Shown piece after piece: positions 42,107-52,468 of a stretch of DNA of 64,000 bases (position 1 is the first letter of the stretch; the number at the start of each line of letters is the position of its first letter). The notes beneath the pieces were generated by a model that had not been told where the DNA came from, ran no database searches, and saw only the letters and a program-made list of their open reading frames with translations. Origin of the DNA: Escherichia phage C6; sequence record MW679410.1. One strand, 5' to 3'. The translations under genes were made by a program, and so were the position numbers.

Positions 42107-43387
42107 ATGGCTAAAATTAACGACCTTTTAAAAGAGTCGACCACTACTTCGAGTTCTTCGATTGGTCGTCCAAATTTAGTAGCTTTAACCAGAGCTACGA
42201 CCAAACTGATTTATACCGACCTTGTAGCTCAGCAGCGTACTAACCAACCTTTGGCTGCTCTATATGGTATCAAATATCTTACAGAAAAAAACGAATTATC
42301 TTTCCAGACAGGTGCTACTTATTCTGGTGCAGTATCCGCTAAAGACCGTGCCTCTATCCCAGTTTTCACTGCAGGTGCTGTTTACGCTAAAGATGATTTG
42401 TTCCAATTTGAAAACGTAGTTTATAAAGCTTTGGTAGCAACACCATTTGCAGGTGCTACTGGCGATGAATACGAACAACTTCAAGAAGCTATTGTTAAGT
42501 TGACTATTCGTATTATGTCCGAAGCCGCACTGACTGAGCGTTTTGAAGGCCTCCAGGATGTAGATGTTTCTGAAGCCAAATTCGTCGTTAATAAATGGAA
42601 CGCTCCAGTTAAATCCCGTAAGTTGAAGAGTACTGTTACTGTAGAACTGGCTCAAGACCTCGAAGCAAATGGTTTCGATGCCCCTAATTTCTTGGAAGAC
42701 CTCCTGGCTACTGAAATGGCTGATGAAATCAACAAAGATATTCTTCAGTCCCTGGTTACGGTTTCCAAGCGTTATAAAGTTGAAGGTTTGTGTGATGACG
42801 GCTTAATTGACCTGAGTTATGCTAACTCACCGGAAGCTTCTCGCAAGCTTTATGAAATAGTTTGTGAAATGGTTTCTCATATCCAGCGCGCAACCTCTTA
42901 TACGGCAACTTATGTAGTAGCGAGTACTCGCGTAGCCGCTGTTCTGGCTGGTTCTGGCTGGTTAAGACATACCCCACAGAACGACAAATATCTTTCTGCA
43001 AATGCATACGGATTCCTGGAAAATGGTTTGCCTGTGTATTGTGATACCAACACGCCAATTGATTATGTTACTGTAGGTGTTAAAGAGGAATTTGGTGGGA
43101 AAGAAGCAGTAGGTTCTTTGTTCTATGCGCCGTATACAGAAGGCCTTGATTTGGCTGACCCTGAACATGTGGGTACATTTAAAGTGGTCGTTGACCCTGA
43201 AAGCCTGCAACCATCTATTGCATTAATGGTTCGTTATGCACTGGCTGCTAACCCTTATACGGTTACTTCCGATGATAAACAAGCCCGTATTATTGATGCG
43301 ACTAATATGGATTTGATGGCGGGACGTTCTGATATGTCCGTATTGCTTGGTGTGAAACTTCCTAAAGTTTTGACTGAATTAAACTAA
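42107..43387 (+). CDS. 24: gp24 capsid vertex protein
   Basis: Size and synteny. Confidence 0.95.
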   Translation: MAKINDLLKESTTTSSSSIGRPNLVALTRATTKLIYTDLVAQQRTNQPLAALYGIKYLTEKNELSFQTGATYSGAVSAKDRASIPVFTAGAVYAKDDLFQFENVVYKALVATPFAGATGDEYEQLQEAIVKLTIRIMSEAALTERFEGLQDVDVSEAKFVVNKWNAPVKSRKLKSTVTVELAQDLEANGFDAPNFLEDLLATEMADEINKDILQSLVTVSKRYKVEGLCDDGLIDLSYANSPEASRKLYEIVCEMVSHIQRATSYTATYVVASTRVAAVLAGSGWLRHTPQNDKYLSANAYGFLENGLPVYCDTNTPIDYVTVGVKEEFGGKEAVGSLFYAPYTEGLDLADPEHVGTFKVVVDPESLQPSIALMVRYALAANPYTVTSDDKQARIIDATNMDLMAGRSDMSVLLGVKLPKVLTELN

Positions 43388-43389
43388 CA

Positions 43390-43413
43390 AAAAAGGGACC
43401 TTACGGTCCCTTT
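43390..43413. terminator. bidirectional hairpin GGGACCUUACGGUCCC flanked by A6 and U3
   Basis: Between convergent genes 24 and rnlB. Confidence 0.55.
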
Positions 43414-43419
43414 GTCGTC

Positions 43420-44424
43420 TTACGACACTAATTCAATCCATACTGCTCGTAGGGTATCTTTTACACACTCAACGAGCTGCTTTTTAACTTCAACAGGATT
43501 TTCTGCATCGGTTAATTCTAATTCTTCACGGGCGGCTTCTTCTAAGATATCTTGGACTGTCAAGCCCATTACCTTTCCGAAATCCTTTTTAGATACTTCG
43601 CCAATCTTACTGATGACATTATTAATGCGGTTAACAGTCACATAATCGGTGAATTGCCACATCAAATCCATATCGTCTTGGGATAAAACTACCACAGTCT
43701 TGATAGGCTTATCGGACTTTTTCTTCTCGCTGAATTTAGAGTTCTTACATTTAATCGCTACGCGATTTCCGTTTGGAAGCCAGGTAGGAATATCAGGTTT
43801 AAGTACAAAGCCTTCGGCTGTAAATACTTTACCTTCTACCTTAGGAATAAAGTCTGTCGAGTTTGCAATAGTTAGGCCAGCGTTATCCACTGCAAAATTA
43901 TAATCAGGAATAACTGAATCAAAGTCGTTAGGTAATTTAATAAGGTCTTCAAAGCTACCGGTGGCCAGACATGGAGCTACCTTAAACTTATGGATAATAC
44001 AGAAGGCTTCCATCAATGTATCGGTTAGAACAGATTCTGAACCATCTTCCTTAGTAACTCGGATATCGAACACATAAAAGTCTTTATCGCCGTAGTCCAC
44101 ATTCTTCTGGATACCTGTCCCAGCGAATTCGCCATAAATCTGGTACGACTGATAATTAATCGATTCAATTAGATGTTGAACAGATTTAATAGAATCAGCA
44201 TAGTTCTTAAGTACAATTTCATAACCATAGAAATCTTCAGCAGGGAGGATAGGGCCAGTGCGCTTGGCGCATGTGACTGCGTCACGTTCTATGATTAAAC
44301 TAAAGTTGGTTCCATGAATCTTCTCACGTGCCACCCATTCACCACTGGTCAAACCATTAGTACGGAGTTTTTCGATAAACTTACTGTTGTAGTGGTTTTC
44401 GAGACTGCTATATTTCTTGAACAT
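43420..44424 (-). CDS. rnlB: RNA ligase 2 (Rnl2)
   Basis: Nucleotidyltransferase motif I KIHGTN; very high similarity to recalled T4 Rnl2. Confidence 0.95.
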   Translation of the reverse strand: MFKKYSSLENHYNSKFIEKLRTNGLTSGEWVAREKIHGTNFSLIIERDAVTCAKRTGPILPAEDFYGYEIVLKNYADSIKSVQHLIESINYQSYQIYGEFAGTGIQKNVDYGDKDFYVFDIRVTKEDGSESVLTDTLMEAFCIIHKFKVAPCLATGSFEDLIKLPNDFDSVIPDYNFAVDNAGLTIANSTDFIPKVEGKVFTAEGFVLKPDIPTWLPNGNRVAIKCKNSKFSEKKKSDKPIKTVVVLSQDDMDLMWQFTDYVTVNRINNVISKIGEVSKKDFGKVMGLTVQDILEEAAREELELTDAENPVEVKKQLVECVKDTLRAVWIELVS

Positions 44425-44510
44425 AAATCACCATAATAAATATAATTAAATAGAAGAGCTAGTAGTCTTCTGTCACCAAGCCAAATGGTTTAACGGAAGG
44501 ACCTAGACCC

Positions 44511-44536
44511 ATTATAACACACCTAAATTTAAAGCA
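44511..44536 (-). promoter_or_regulatory. middle-type promoter: MotA box TGCTTTA, 13 nt, TATAAT
   Basis: Read on minus strand upstream of rnlB. Confidence 0.45.
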
Positions 44537-44538
44537 TA

Positions 44539-44748
44539 TTACTTTGAACTAGAACGCGCTTTGCGCCGAACCTTGTTGTTCAATCTTTTACGATAAACAA
44601 CCTTTTCTTTCGCTTTAAATTTGGCCTTGGCTTGTTCTACATCAACCCATGCTTTGGCCATGTCCTTAGCGGTCCCGCCCATTTTTTTAGCAATTTCTAT
44701 AAAATTCAACCCAGATTCGTGTAAAAAATGTACTTTAACCTTATCCAT
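44539..44748 (-). CDS. hypothetical small basic protein (69 aa)
   Basis: ORF track. Confidence 0.5.
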   Translation of the reverse strand: MDKVKVHFLHESGLNFIEIAKKMGGTAKDMAKAWVDVEQAKAKFKAKEKVVYRKRLNNKVRRKARSSSK

Positions 44749-44834
44749 AACAATTCTCTCGTTGAGTTGGTAAAACCCATCTTAACATAGAATTTTTAAC
44801 TTGTAAACAGGAATTTTGTACTTTAACGCAAAAT

Positions 44835-44848
44835 GGGCCTTGCGGCCC
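44835..44848 (-). terminator. hairpin GGGCCGCAAGGCCC + U-rich on minus strand after hoc
   Basis: Read directly. Confidence 0.5.
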
Positions 44849-44852
44849 TTAA

Positions 44853-45701
44853 TTAATAAACGTAATCGTATATAATACCAGCTTCTAAAGCGGTGCGATG
44901 AATAATTCGACCATTACGAGATTCTTGTACATCAACCTCCGGATAGTCGGTAATCATTTTTTGAAGTGTGTATCGGTGCAAATAATACGGGCTATCCGGG
45001 TCATCTGTTTTCCAGTCTTGCCCAGCAATAGTCATTTTCTGAATTTCATCCATAACCCACCAACCACACCAGATATAAGCCGAATTGCGTACTGGCAATG
45101 GATGCACATAAGGTAATTCACCGTCAGGAACAGGTGCTACTTTAGCTGTGACTGTTACATTACCAGTTTTCGTAACAGTCGTCGGGTTATAATCAGTCGC
45201 CGAAACCACAACAGAAACTTCAATAACCTGTGAACCTTCAGCGCCTGTATCGATTGCTAGAGTATCCGTGGTGCCAGCAACAGGAGAACCGTCTTTCTTC
45301 CAAGAATAGGCAAAAGTAGCTCCACTCGGTGCGCCGACGACATCCGCTTTAAAAGAGGCCGGGGTGTCTTCCGGAACATTAATTGATTCTGGGGTTAATG
45401 TCACAGAAACATCAGACATAGTTTTATTCTGGATAGTTAAAGTTGTTTCGGCTTCAGCAGTTTCCGGTTCGCCTTCCGTTGGTGTAGTTGTTGCAACAAC
45501 TTTAATAGTCTTACTGCCTGCTGGACCAGCTGCGACATAATCCATTGCTGCAGTCACAGAAGATTGAGGAACGCCATCAACGGTCCAGACAAATGATTCG
45601 GTACCTTCAGCTGCAGCACCGGAACCGGTCGCAGTGAAATTGGTTGTTGCTCCAATAACGGCCGTAGCCGCCAAAGGAGCAATAGTTACGGTATAAGCCA
45701 T
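44853..45701 (-). CDS. hoc: Hoc-like outer capsid decoration protein (Ig-like domains)
   Basis: Thr/Val/Ala-rich Ig-like repeats; synteny before inh. Confidence 0.8.
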   Translation of the reverse strand: MAYTVTIAPLAATAVIGATTNFTATGSGAAAEGTESFVWTVDGVPQSSVTAAMDYVAAGPAGSKTIKVVATTTPTEGEPETAEAETTLTIQNKTMSDVSVTLTPESINVPEDTPASFKADVVGAPSGATFAYSWKKDGSPVAGTTDTLAIDTGAEGSQVIEVSVVVSATDYNPTTVTKTGNVTVTAKVAPVPDGELPYVHPLPVRNSAYIWCGWWVMDEIQKMTIAGQDWKTDDPDSPYYLHRYTLQKMITDYPEVDVQESRNGRIIHRTALEAGIIYDYVY

Positions 45702-45710
45702 AATAAACCC

Positions 45711-46382
45711 TTATTTTAAAGTGACAAAAGATGAGTTACGAGTTTCTCGTACTAGAACAGACCCATTACGATTGATGTAATAAATCAAGCTGAATAGTGT
45801 TTGGTGTGCGGTAGGATGTTGGAAACTGGTCGGGCGTTCTTTCCAATCCGGAGTTTCAGAAATCCATTGATAAATCCACCAAGGAACGGTGCAATAACCT
45901 GGGTTCTTACCAATAAGCAAAAGATTAGGACTGAAGTTTTCAGGTAAAGAGAATACAGGTTTTTCCAATTCAACAACCTTGGCTACAGCTTCTTTGAATT
46001 TCTCTTCGTCAAACGGAACATCCTCTTCAATAATCTCTACCTTAGGATGTTCGGCTACCTCAACGACTTCAACAACTGCCTCAGGAGCATCGAACAACAG
46101 GGTTGCTTCTTCTTTAGCAGGTTCAGCACCATCAACAAATTCGTTAGCACCTGTAAGTTCGTCGGCAGCATCAATCAAATCAGAAATGGACAACCCTTCG
46201 GTTTCCGGAAGTGGTTCGTCGGCCAAGGCTTTAAGACCTTCAGTGATATCGATAATCAAATTATCAAACGAACGGGTTTTCTTAAGTTTTAAACCGAACT
46301 GTTCACCGTATTCGATTAACTTAGCTTTAGCTTCTTTTTTATCTTCGAGTGCACGAAGCTCTTCAATATATTGAGTATCCAT
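45711..46382 (-). CDS. inh: Inh-like inhibitor of prohead protease
   Basis: Synteny between hoc and uvsW; size. Confidence 0.7.
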   Translation of the reverse strand: MDTQYIEELRALEDKKEAKAKLIEYGEQFGLKLKKTRSFDNLIIDITEGLKALADEPLPETEGLSISDLIDAADELTGANEFVDGAEPAKEEATLLFDAPEAVVEVVEVAEHPKVEIIEEDVPFDEEKFKEAVAKVVELEKPVFSLPENFSPNLLLIGKNPGYCTVPWWIYQWISETPDWKERPTSFQHPTAHQTLFSLIYYINRNGSVLVRETRNSSFVTLK

Positions 46383-46402
46383 AATTAGTCTCTTGTTGGT
46401 GT

Positions 46403-46423
46403 ATAAATATAACTATATTTATA
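46403..46423. promoter_or_regulatory. divergent late promoters: TATAAATA plus 46403-46410 (uvsW), TATAAATA minus 46416-46423 (inh)
   Basis: Two exact boxes read directly. Confidence 0.6.
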
Positions 46424-46437
46424 ACTGAGAATTACTT

Positions 46438-47934
46438 ATGCAAATTCAAGTACATTTTGATAATTTTAGTCATGTCCGTATTGAATGCGATGAATCTACA
46501 TTCTACGAACTCAGAGACTATTTTAGCTTTGAAGCTGATGGATATAAATTCAACCCTAAATTTCGTTATGGACAATGGGATGGTCGTATTCGTCTTCTGG
46601 ATTATAACCGTAAACTGCCTTATGGATTGGTTCCACAGATTAAAAAATTCGCTGAACAATTTGAATACTCTCTGTGGATTGACCCACGTATTCTTGAACA
46701 GGAAGATATTTCTCGTGAAGATTTTGACTCATGGGTTGCTTCTCAAGAAATTTATTCAGGGTCTACCAAGATTGAGCCTCATTGGTATCAGAATGAAGCC
46801 GTATACAACGGCCTGACAAAACGTCGCGCAATTCTGAATTTACCTACATCCGCAGGTAAATCATTAATCCAGGCACTCCTGAGTCGATATTACGTTGAGA
46901 ACTATGAAGGTAAAATCCTTATTCTGGTTCCTACTACTGCACTCGTTGACCAGATGATTAATGACTTCATTGATTATCGTCTGTTCCCTAAAGCAGCAAT
47001 GCTTGGTATTCGTTCAGGTACTGCTCGTGATTCTGATGCAATGATTTACGTTTCGACTTATCAAACCGCTATCAAGCAACCTAAAGAATGGTTCGCTCAG
47101 TTTGGTATGTTTATGAACGACGAATGCCATTTGGCCACAGGTAAATCTATTTCTACTATCATCGAAGGCCTAACCAACTGTATGTTTAAATTCGGTTTGT
47201 CCGGTTCTTTAAAAGATGGTAAAGCTAATTTAATGCAATATATGGGTTTGTTTGGTGATGTGTTTAAGCCGGTATCCACTTCACAGTTGATGGAAGAAGG
47301 ACAGGTTACTGACCTTAAAATCAACAGTATTTTCCTTCGATACCCAGACGAATTCACAGTTAAGATGAAAGGTAAAGATTACCAATCAGAAATTAAAGTC
47401 ATTACTAAGGCTACTCGTCGTAATAAATGGGTTGCTAATTTAGCTGTTAAACTCGCTAAGAAAGAAGAGAACGTATTCCTGATGTTTAAAAACATCGAAC
47501 ACGGTAAAACTCTTTTTGAAATGGTTAAAGAGCAACATAAAGAAGTTTATTATGTATCAGGTGAAGTTAATACCGAAACGCGTAATGCTCTGAAAGTAAT
47601 GGCGGAAAATGGTAAGGGTATTATTGTTGTGGCAAGTTACGGTGTGTTCTCTACCGGTATTTCCGTTAAGAACCTTCACCACGTTGTATTTGCCCATCCA
47701 GTAAAATCTAAAATCATTGTACTCCAGACAATTGGTCGTGTACTCCGTAAACATGCTTCTAAATCAACAGCACAAGTATGGGATATCATCGACGACATGG
47801 GTGTTAAGCCTAAATCAGCTACGGCTAAAAAGAAATATGTTCATTTGAACTACGCCCTCAAACACGCTTTAGAACGTATTCAACGTTATGCTGATGAGAA
47901 ATTTAATTACGTAATGAAACAGGTGGATTTATGA
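46438..47934 (+). CDS. uvsW: UvsW helicase
   Basis: Strong similarity to recalled T4 UvsW incl. helicase motifs (LPTSAGKS, DECH). Confidence 0.97.
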   Translation: MQIQVHFDNFSHVRIECDESTFYELRDYFSFEADGYKFNPKFRYGQWDGRIRLLDYNRKLPYGLVPQIKKFAEQFEYSLWIDPRILEQEDISREDFDSWVASQEIYSGSTKIEPHWYQNEAVYNGLTKRRAILNLPTSAGKSLIQALLSRYYVENYEGKILILVPTTALVDQMINDFIDYRLFPKAAMLGIRSGTARDSDAMIYVSTYQTAIKQPKEWFAQFGMFMNDECHLATGKSISTIIEGLTNCMFKFGLSGSLKDGKANLMQYMGLFGDVFKPVSTSQLMEEGQVTDLKINSIFLRYPDEFTVKMKGKDYQSEIKVITKATRRNKWVANLAVKLAKKEENVFLMFKNIEHGKTLFEMVKEQHKEVYYVSGEVNTETRNALKVMAENGKGIIVVASYGVFSTGISVKNLHHVVFAHPVKSKIIVLQTIGRVLRKHASKSTAQVWDIIDDMGVKPKSATAKKKYVHLNYALKHALERIQRYADEKFNYVMKQVDL

Positions 47935-48158
47935 AAACCTTTAAAGAAGTTATTCAAGAAGCATCTATTGAAAGCTTCATGTCTAAAATTAGTTCTTGTC
48001 AGACCATGGACGGTCTGGAGGAATTGGAGAAGTATTACAAAACTCGTAGTAAGGAAGCCGAACTTCGTGATTCGGATGATATTAGCGTGCGCGATGCATT
48101 GGCTGGTAAGAGAGCTGAATTGGAGTCGATGGACGACGAGGAAGAGGAAGATTTCTAA
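47931..48158 (+). CDS. uvsW.1: UvsW.1 small acidic protein
   Basis: Size and synteny. Confidence 0.85.
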   Translation: MKTFKEVIQEASIESFMSKISSCQTMDGLEELEKYYKTRSKEAELRDSDDISVRDALAGKRAELESMDDEEEEDF

Positions 48159-48165
48159 ACAAAAA

Positions 48166-48188
48166 GGGCCCAACCTTTCGGAAGGGCC
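48166..48188 (-). terminator. GC hairpin followed by U5 on minus strand (near-identical to 6018-6039)
   Basis: Read directly. Confidence 0.5.
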
Positions 48189-48218
48189 AATAACCATAAA
48201 ATGGCTATACACACTAGA

Positions 48219-48386
48219 CTAAATTAATAATTGGGTTTCGTTCAGCTGTTCTTCAGTGTTTTCCGTAACTGGCAAGCTTTGAACGTAATTATAGCATGGA
48301 CCCGGATGAACCGGACCTTTTTCTGTTTCAACAACCAATGCAGCATCGATTGGAGTTTTACAGACAACGCAAATCTTATCTGACAT
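48219..48386 (-). CDS. small Cys-containing protein (55 aa, CVVC...C), uvsY.-2-like
   Basis: Own translation MSDKICVVCKTPIDAALVVETEKGPVHPGPCYNY...; SD AAGGAG; below ORF-track size cutoff. Confidence 0.55.
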   Translation of the reverse strand: MSDKICVVCKTPIDAALVVETEKGPVHPGPCYNYVQSLPVTENTEEQLNETQLLI

Positions 48387-48512
48387 GATTGTCTCCTTAG
48401 TTTAACTTACATATCTATTTATTACTTGCTAAAGCGGCATTAATGAATTCTTGGAGAAGTTTCATCTTATCGGCATCTACTTTAATGGGTTTGGTATTTT
48501 TAGTACGTCTCA

Positions 48513-48947
48513 TTATTTACCTGCCTCAAATTGTCTCATCTCATGCATAGTCTTAAGGTTAAAACCACGCGCCTTAATAGCATCAAGTGCCGAACTACAG
48601 AAGTCCTGTAATAAAGCCCAATACTGGATTGATGTATCGATTTTAATTACACTAGAATCTGCAGCCATTACAGTCTTTAATTCAGACTTCTCATATTGGT
48701 CCATACAAACCTCATCACCAGGCTCTCCGCGTCCCGTGTAGAAATCTAATCGCTTCTTAAGTGAGGTCTTTTTCTGGATTTCTAATCTCATTATTTCTTT
48801 CTTACAATTCGTATACAGTCTTAGCCATTTGCTGTGCAGCAAAACGTTGTTCTGTACTTCATACTGTAACCGAGTTCCATCAATCTTTAAATCTTCATCC
48901 AAAGCATCTTGAAACGACTCTAATTTATATTCAATCTCTTTACTCAT
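48513..48947 (-). CDS. uvsY: UvsY recombination mediator
   Basis: Similarity to recalled T4 UvsY; start moved to ATG 48947. Confidence 0.9.
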   Translation of the reverse strand: MSKEIEYKLESFQDALDEDLKIDGTRLQYEVQNNVLLHSKWLRLYTNCKKEIMRLEIQKKTSLKKRLDFYTGRGEPGDEVCMDQYEKSELKTVMAADSSVIKIDTSIQYWALLQDFCSSALDAIKARGFNLKTMHEMRQFEAGK

Positions 48948-48978
48948 CGCATGTTTCCTGTGTAATAACCATAGGACC

Positions 48979-49006
48979 ATTATACACTATTCATTTGAAT
49001 AGCAAT
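48979..49006 (-). promoter_or_regulatory. middle-type promoter: MotA-like box TGCTATT, 13 nt, extended -10 TGTATAAT
   Basis: Read on minus strand 32 nt upstream of uvsY ATG. Confidence 0.45.
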
Positions 49007-49395
49007 TAACCACTCTGTGAGAGCTGGATTCTAATTTGCTCTAATGTATCAGGGTCATCAACGATACTAAACTGAACGGTCACGATAATCGAGTTATCAT
49101 CGTACACAGGTGTCACACCTACAGCCAGGGCAGAAATTCTAGGTTCGAAGTTCCGCACAGCGGAAACTATATTACGCTTAATAGTATCCGTGATTAATGG
49201 GGTGATATTCTCAAACAATTGGTTACTGATGTCGCAACCAAATTCCGGCATAAAAGGGCGTGAACCTTTGCGAGTAGTAATAATGCCTAACAAACTATTT
49301 TTTACTGCACGAGCGCCTGTAGCTTTAGCGACGTCTCTATTCCAAGACGTCCTCATTTCAGGGTCTAAATCCGAATACATTTTATTGATATTCAT
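49006..49395 (-). CDS. 25: gp25 baseplate wedge protein
   Basis: Strong similarity to recalled T4 gp25. Confidence 0.95.
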   Translation of the reverse strand: MNINKMYSDLDPEMRTSWNRDVAKATGARAVKNSLLGIITTRKGSRPFMPEFGCDISNQLFENITPLITDTIKRNIVSAVRNFEPRISALAVGVTPVYDDNSIIVTVQFSIVDDPDTLEQIRIQLSQSG

Positions 49396-50018
49396 TACAT
49401 CACCTTAAAGAACTCTTTAAGTCCCTCAATAACGTGGACGGTATGTTCACCACATTCACAAGAAATAGGTATGGCCAAAATAGGCTTAGGGGCGACTAGG
49501 GCATCATAAACTTCTTTTATATCTTTTTCTGTTATCACAGAATAAAGGTCATCAAGTTCCGCATCGCTTAAATCGGAAAGAAAAAGCTTTTCGCCTGCAG
49601 AAGTTAAAATATAATCGATACACCCTGCGACCATCATAGCCCTATTTTTATCTTCAAAGAGTTTAGGGTATCTGAAAACAATTTTAAAGTTGCCAAAGTC
49701 TTTAATAACATCAGGCTCTTTACCTAATGTTGCGCGAGTTAGTGTCATAGGGACAACCTGTGAGCGACCACAACTACAAACCCACTCACGTTCTATATTC
49801 ACTTCAGCTAATGAATGGGCCCACAGGTTTATCACCAGGAGCTCAGATTCTTGCTTGTTTAAATCACGAGCATCTGTGCAATTGGAAATGAGTTCATTGA
49901 TAAAGGACTCTATTCTGCCTTCTAATTTAGCTTGGAGCAAGTCCTTATACTCTCTGAGGGTAAATGCTCTGCATTTTATGGTTTTGTTTTTAATTTTTAC
50001 GTCAAAAGTATAATTCAT
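49395..50018 (-). CDS. 26: gp26 baseplate hub protein
   Basis: Size and synteny. Confidence 0.9.
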   Translation of the reverse strand: MNYTFDVKIKNKTIKCRAFTLREYKDLLQAKLEGRIESFINELISNCTDARDLNKQESELLVINLWAHSLAEVNIEREWVCSCGRSQVVPMTLTRATLGKEPDVIKDFGNFKIVFRYPKLFEDKNRAMMVAGCIDYILTSAGEKLFLSDLSDAELDDLYSVITEKDIKEVYDALVAPKPILAIPISCECGEHTVHVIEGLKEFFKVM

Positions 50019-50036
50019 TGTCTTCTCCTTTAAGCT

Positions 50037-50048
50037 TATTTATAAATA
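50037..50048. promoter_or_regulatory. overlapping divergent late promoters within palindrome TATTTATAAATA (minus box 50037-50044 for gene 26; plus box 50041-50048 for gene 51)
   Basis: Read directly. Confidence 0.6.
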
Positions 50049-50068
50049 CATCAATAAGAGGACACCCT

Positions 50069-50821
50069 ATGGCTAATATAGTACGTTGTGAAATGCCTGA
50101 TGGAGTCCACCGATTTAAACCTTTTACAGTAGCTGATTATCGTGATTTTATTTTGATTCGAAATGACATGAATAATAAATCACCTGAAGAGCAAAAACAA
50201 ATTTTAGATGAGTTACTGGAAGAATACTTCGGTGAATATCCTATGTCATGGCGCCCGTATATGTTCATTGAACTTTACACGTCATCACTCGGCAAGACCA
50301 AAATTCCTATCCGATACACTTGCAGTAAGTGCGAAAAGGATAGACAAGTTTTATTCAATTTGAAACAGGCCAAGTTAGATAATCCCACAATTGAAGTGGC
50401 GGGCTTGAAGCTAACATTCAAATTTCCGGAAATAGAATATCCAGACAAATCTGAATTGATTTTGAACACCCTCCAAACCGTAGAAGATGAAAACGGAAAA
50501 TATAATTGGACTGACCTTTCTGAAGAAGACCAATTAGCCGTAATAGATGCTATAGACTTATCCACTTTAGAGGATATAGTCAAACAAACCAGCCCTATTA
50601 ATTTCGAACTCAAATATGGATGTTGTAATCGTAGAACGATTGCGTATACCGATATTTTAGAGGTGTTTAAGCTTATAGTCAATCCGGATGAGATATTTTT
50701 ATTTTACCAAATAAACCATTTATTGGTAAAGAACAATTATTCATTAGAAAGCATTATGCAGATGATTCCAATCGAACGCGGTATTGCTTTGTCTTTGGTT
50801 GAAAAGGACCTTAAGAAATGA
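50069..50821 (+). CDS. 51: gp51 baseplate hub assembly protein
   Basis: Start moved to ATG with AAGAGGA SD; synteny. Confidence 0.85.
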   Translation: MANIVRCEMPDGVHRFKPFTVADYRDFILIRNDMNNKSPEEQKQILDELLEEYFGEYPMSWRPYMFIELYTSSLGKTKIPIRYTCSKCEKDRQVLFNLKQAKLDNPTIEVAGLKLTFKFPEIEYPDKSELILNTLQTVEDENGKYNWTDLSEEDQLAVIDAIDLSTLEDIVKQTSPINFELKYGCCNRRTIAYTDILEVFKLIVNPDEIFLFYQINHLLVKNNYSLESIMQMIPIERGIALSLVEKDLKK

Positions 50822-51987
50822 GTTCAAAAACTATGCAACGTGAAGGCTTTCCTAATATCAGTATACGCCTTTACGAAGATTATGACGCCTGGTTAGAGCA
50901 TCGTTTTGTTGAACTAGGCGCTACATTTACTACTCTAACAATGCGAGATGGACTTTACGGTAGTAATGAAGGGTTGCTCCAGTTTTATGATGCAAAGAAC
51001 CTTCATACTAAAATGGATGGCGAACAGATTATTCAAATTTCTGTTAAGAATGCTAACTCCGAGCGTACCCAATCAAGAATTTATGGAAGTAAACACTTTG
51101 CTGTAGGAGTGGATTCGAAGGGCGACAATATCATAACAATACAACTCGCCCCAATCCACTTTTTAGAAAATCTTAAATTCGGGCGTATGTTCTTCCCTAG
51201 TGTCCAAGAAACATTAACTGAAATGATTGGTGTTATTTACCAAGACCGTCCACTTCTTGCACCTCCATTGAACGGGATAAACGTTTATGTTCCTAATGTT
51301 CCTTGGTGTGATTCAATGGACCGTTATATGGAATTTGTACGAGAAGTAGGTATGGCCGTTGAATCTGATAAATTTGTATTTGTCTGGGAAGATATAGATG
51401 GTATTTCTATCATGGACTACGAATTTATGGTTAATCAAGAGCCAATTAATTTTGTGGTAGGTGAGCCTCGTTTAATAGGCCAATACGTCCAAGATATGGA
51501 CACTCCTATCGCATTTGATTTTGAATGGTTAACTAAAGCCAACCAGCATTCCAGAAAACCATATGAAAACGCTACTGTATACGCACACTCTTTCTTAGAC
51601 AAAAACGCCACACGAATTACTTTTGGTGATGGGCAAAACAGTATATTGGTTTCTCGCTCTGGTGGATATTCTGATTATACCTACCGAAATGGATTTGAAG
51701 AAGCCGATAGATTAGTTACTATGGCCCAATACGATGGCTATGCTCATTGTAAGGTATACGGTAACTTTGAACTAACTCCAGGCGATAAGATTAATTTCTA
51801 TGACCCTAAAAACCAATTCCAATACGATTTTTATGTAGACGAAGTTATTCATGAAGTGAGTAACAATACATCAATTACAAACCTTTATATGTTTACTAAT
51901 GGTAAGCCTATTAAGATTGAAGAACCACCGAAGGTTAAAAATGAACTTAAAACTGATACTCCCGATCAAGAAAATAACGCTGGGTGA
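50818..51987 (+). CDS. 27: gp27 baseplate hub protein
   Basis: Size and synteny. Confidence 0.95.
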   Translation: MSSKTMQREGFPNISIRLYEDYDAWLEHRFVELGATFTTLTMRDGLYGSNEGLLQFYDAKNLHTKMDGEQIIQISVKNANSERTQSRIYGSKHFAVGVDSKGDNIITIQLAPIHFLENLKFGRMFFPSVQETLTEMIGVIYQDRPLLAPPLNGINVYVPNVPWCDSMDRYMEFVREVGMAVESDKFVFVWEDIDGISIMDYEFMVNQEPINFVVGEPRLIGQYVQDMDTPIAFDFEWLTKANQHSRKPYENATVYAHSFLDKNATRITFGDGQNSILVSRSGGYSDYTYRNGFEEADRLVTMAQYDGYAHCKVYGNFELTPGDKINFYDPKNQFQYDFYVDEVIHEVSNNTSITNLYMFTNGKPIKIEEPPKVKNELKTDTPDQENNAG

Positions 51988-52468
51988 CAAAGAGATTTCT
52001 ATTCCTAAATTGGGCCTTAAACACCAGAAATTGGTTAAAGATGAAAAGGACCCTTACAAGGCTCTTCACATATTAATGAATTCCATTTATAAAGGTTTAT
52101 CTGCGGCAGAGACCGATTTTGCAGCTCTTCATCTTTTAGAATTTAATGGAAGATTAAAAAGTAAAGTAACCAAAGACGGATTTACTTATAACTTAAATGA
52201 CCTTTATATCTGCCAGCGACTTGAATTCCAATTCCAAGGTAAAACATTTAAATTTAAATCACACGAACCATTTCAAACATTTGGTCCTGTTGATAGTGTA
52301 TTACAATCTCTTTACCTTGGTGATGATGTACCAGATTTTCTGGATATGCCTGCCTTTGTTGCTACATGGGCCGACGATATAACTTCTACCATAGCTATCC
52401 CTGGTCCTAATGGTCCTATCAAAGGATTGCTTAAAATCATGGATATCTTAAATGAAGAACGAATCTAA
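51941..52468 (+). CDS. 28: gp28 baseplate hub distal protein
   Basis: Start moved to internal ATG 51941; similarity to recalled T4 gp28. Confidence 0.85.
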   Translation: MNLKLILPIKKITLGDKEISIPKLGLKHQKLVKDEKDPYKALHILMNSIYKGLSAAETDFAALHLLEFNGRLKSKVTKDGFTYNLNDLYICQRLEFQFQGKTFKFKSHEPFQTFGPVDSVLQSLYLGDDVPDFLDMPAFVATWADDITSTIAIPGPNGPIKGLLKIMDILNEERI

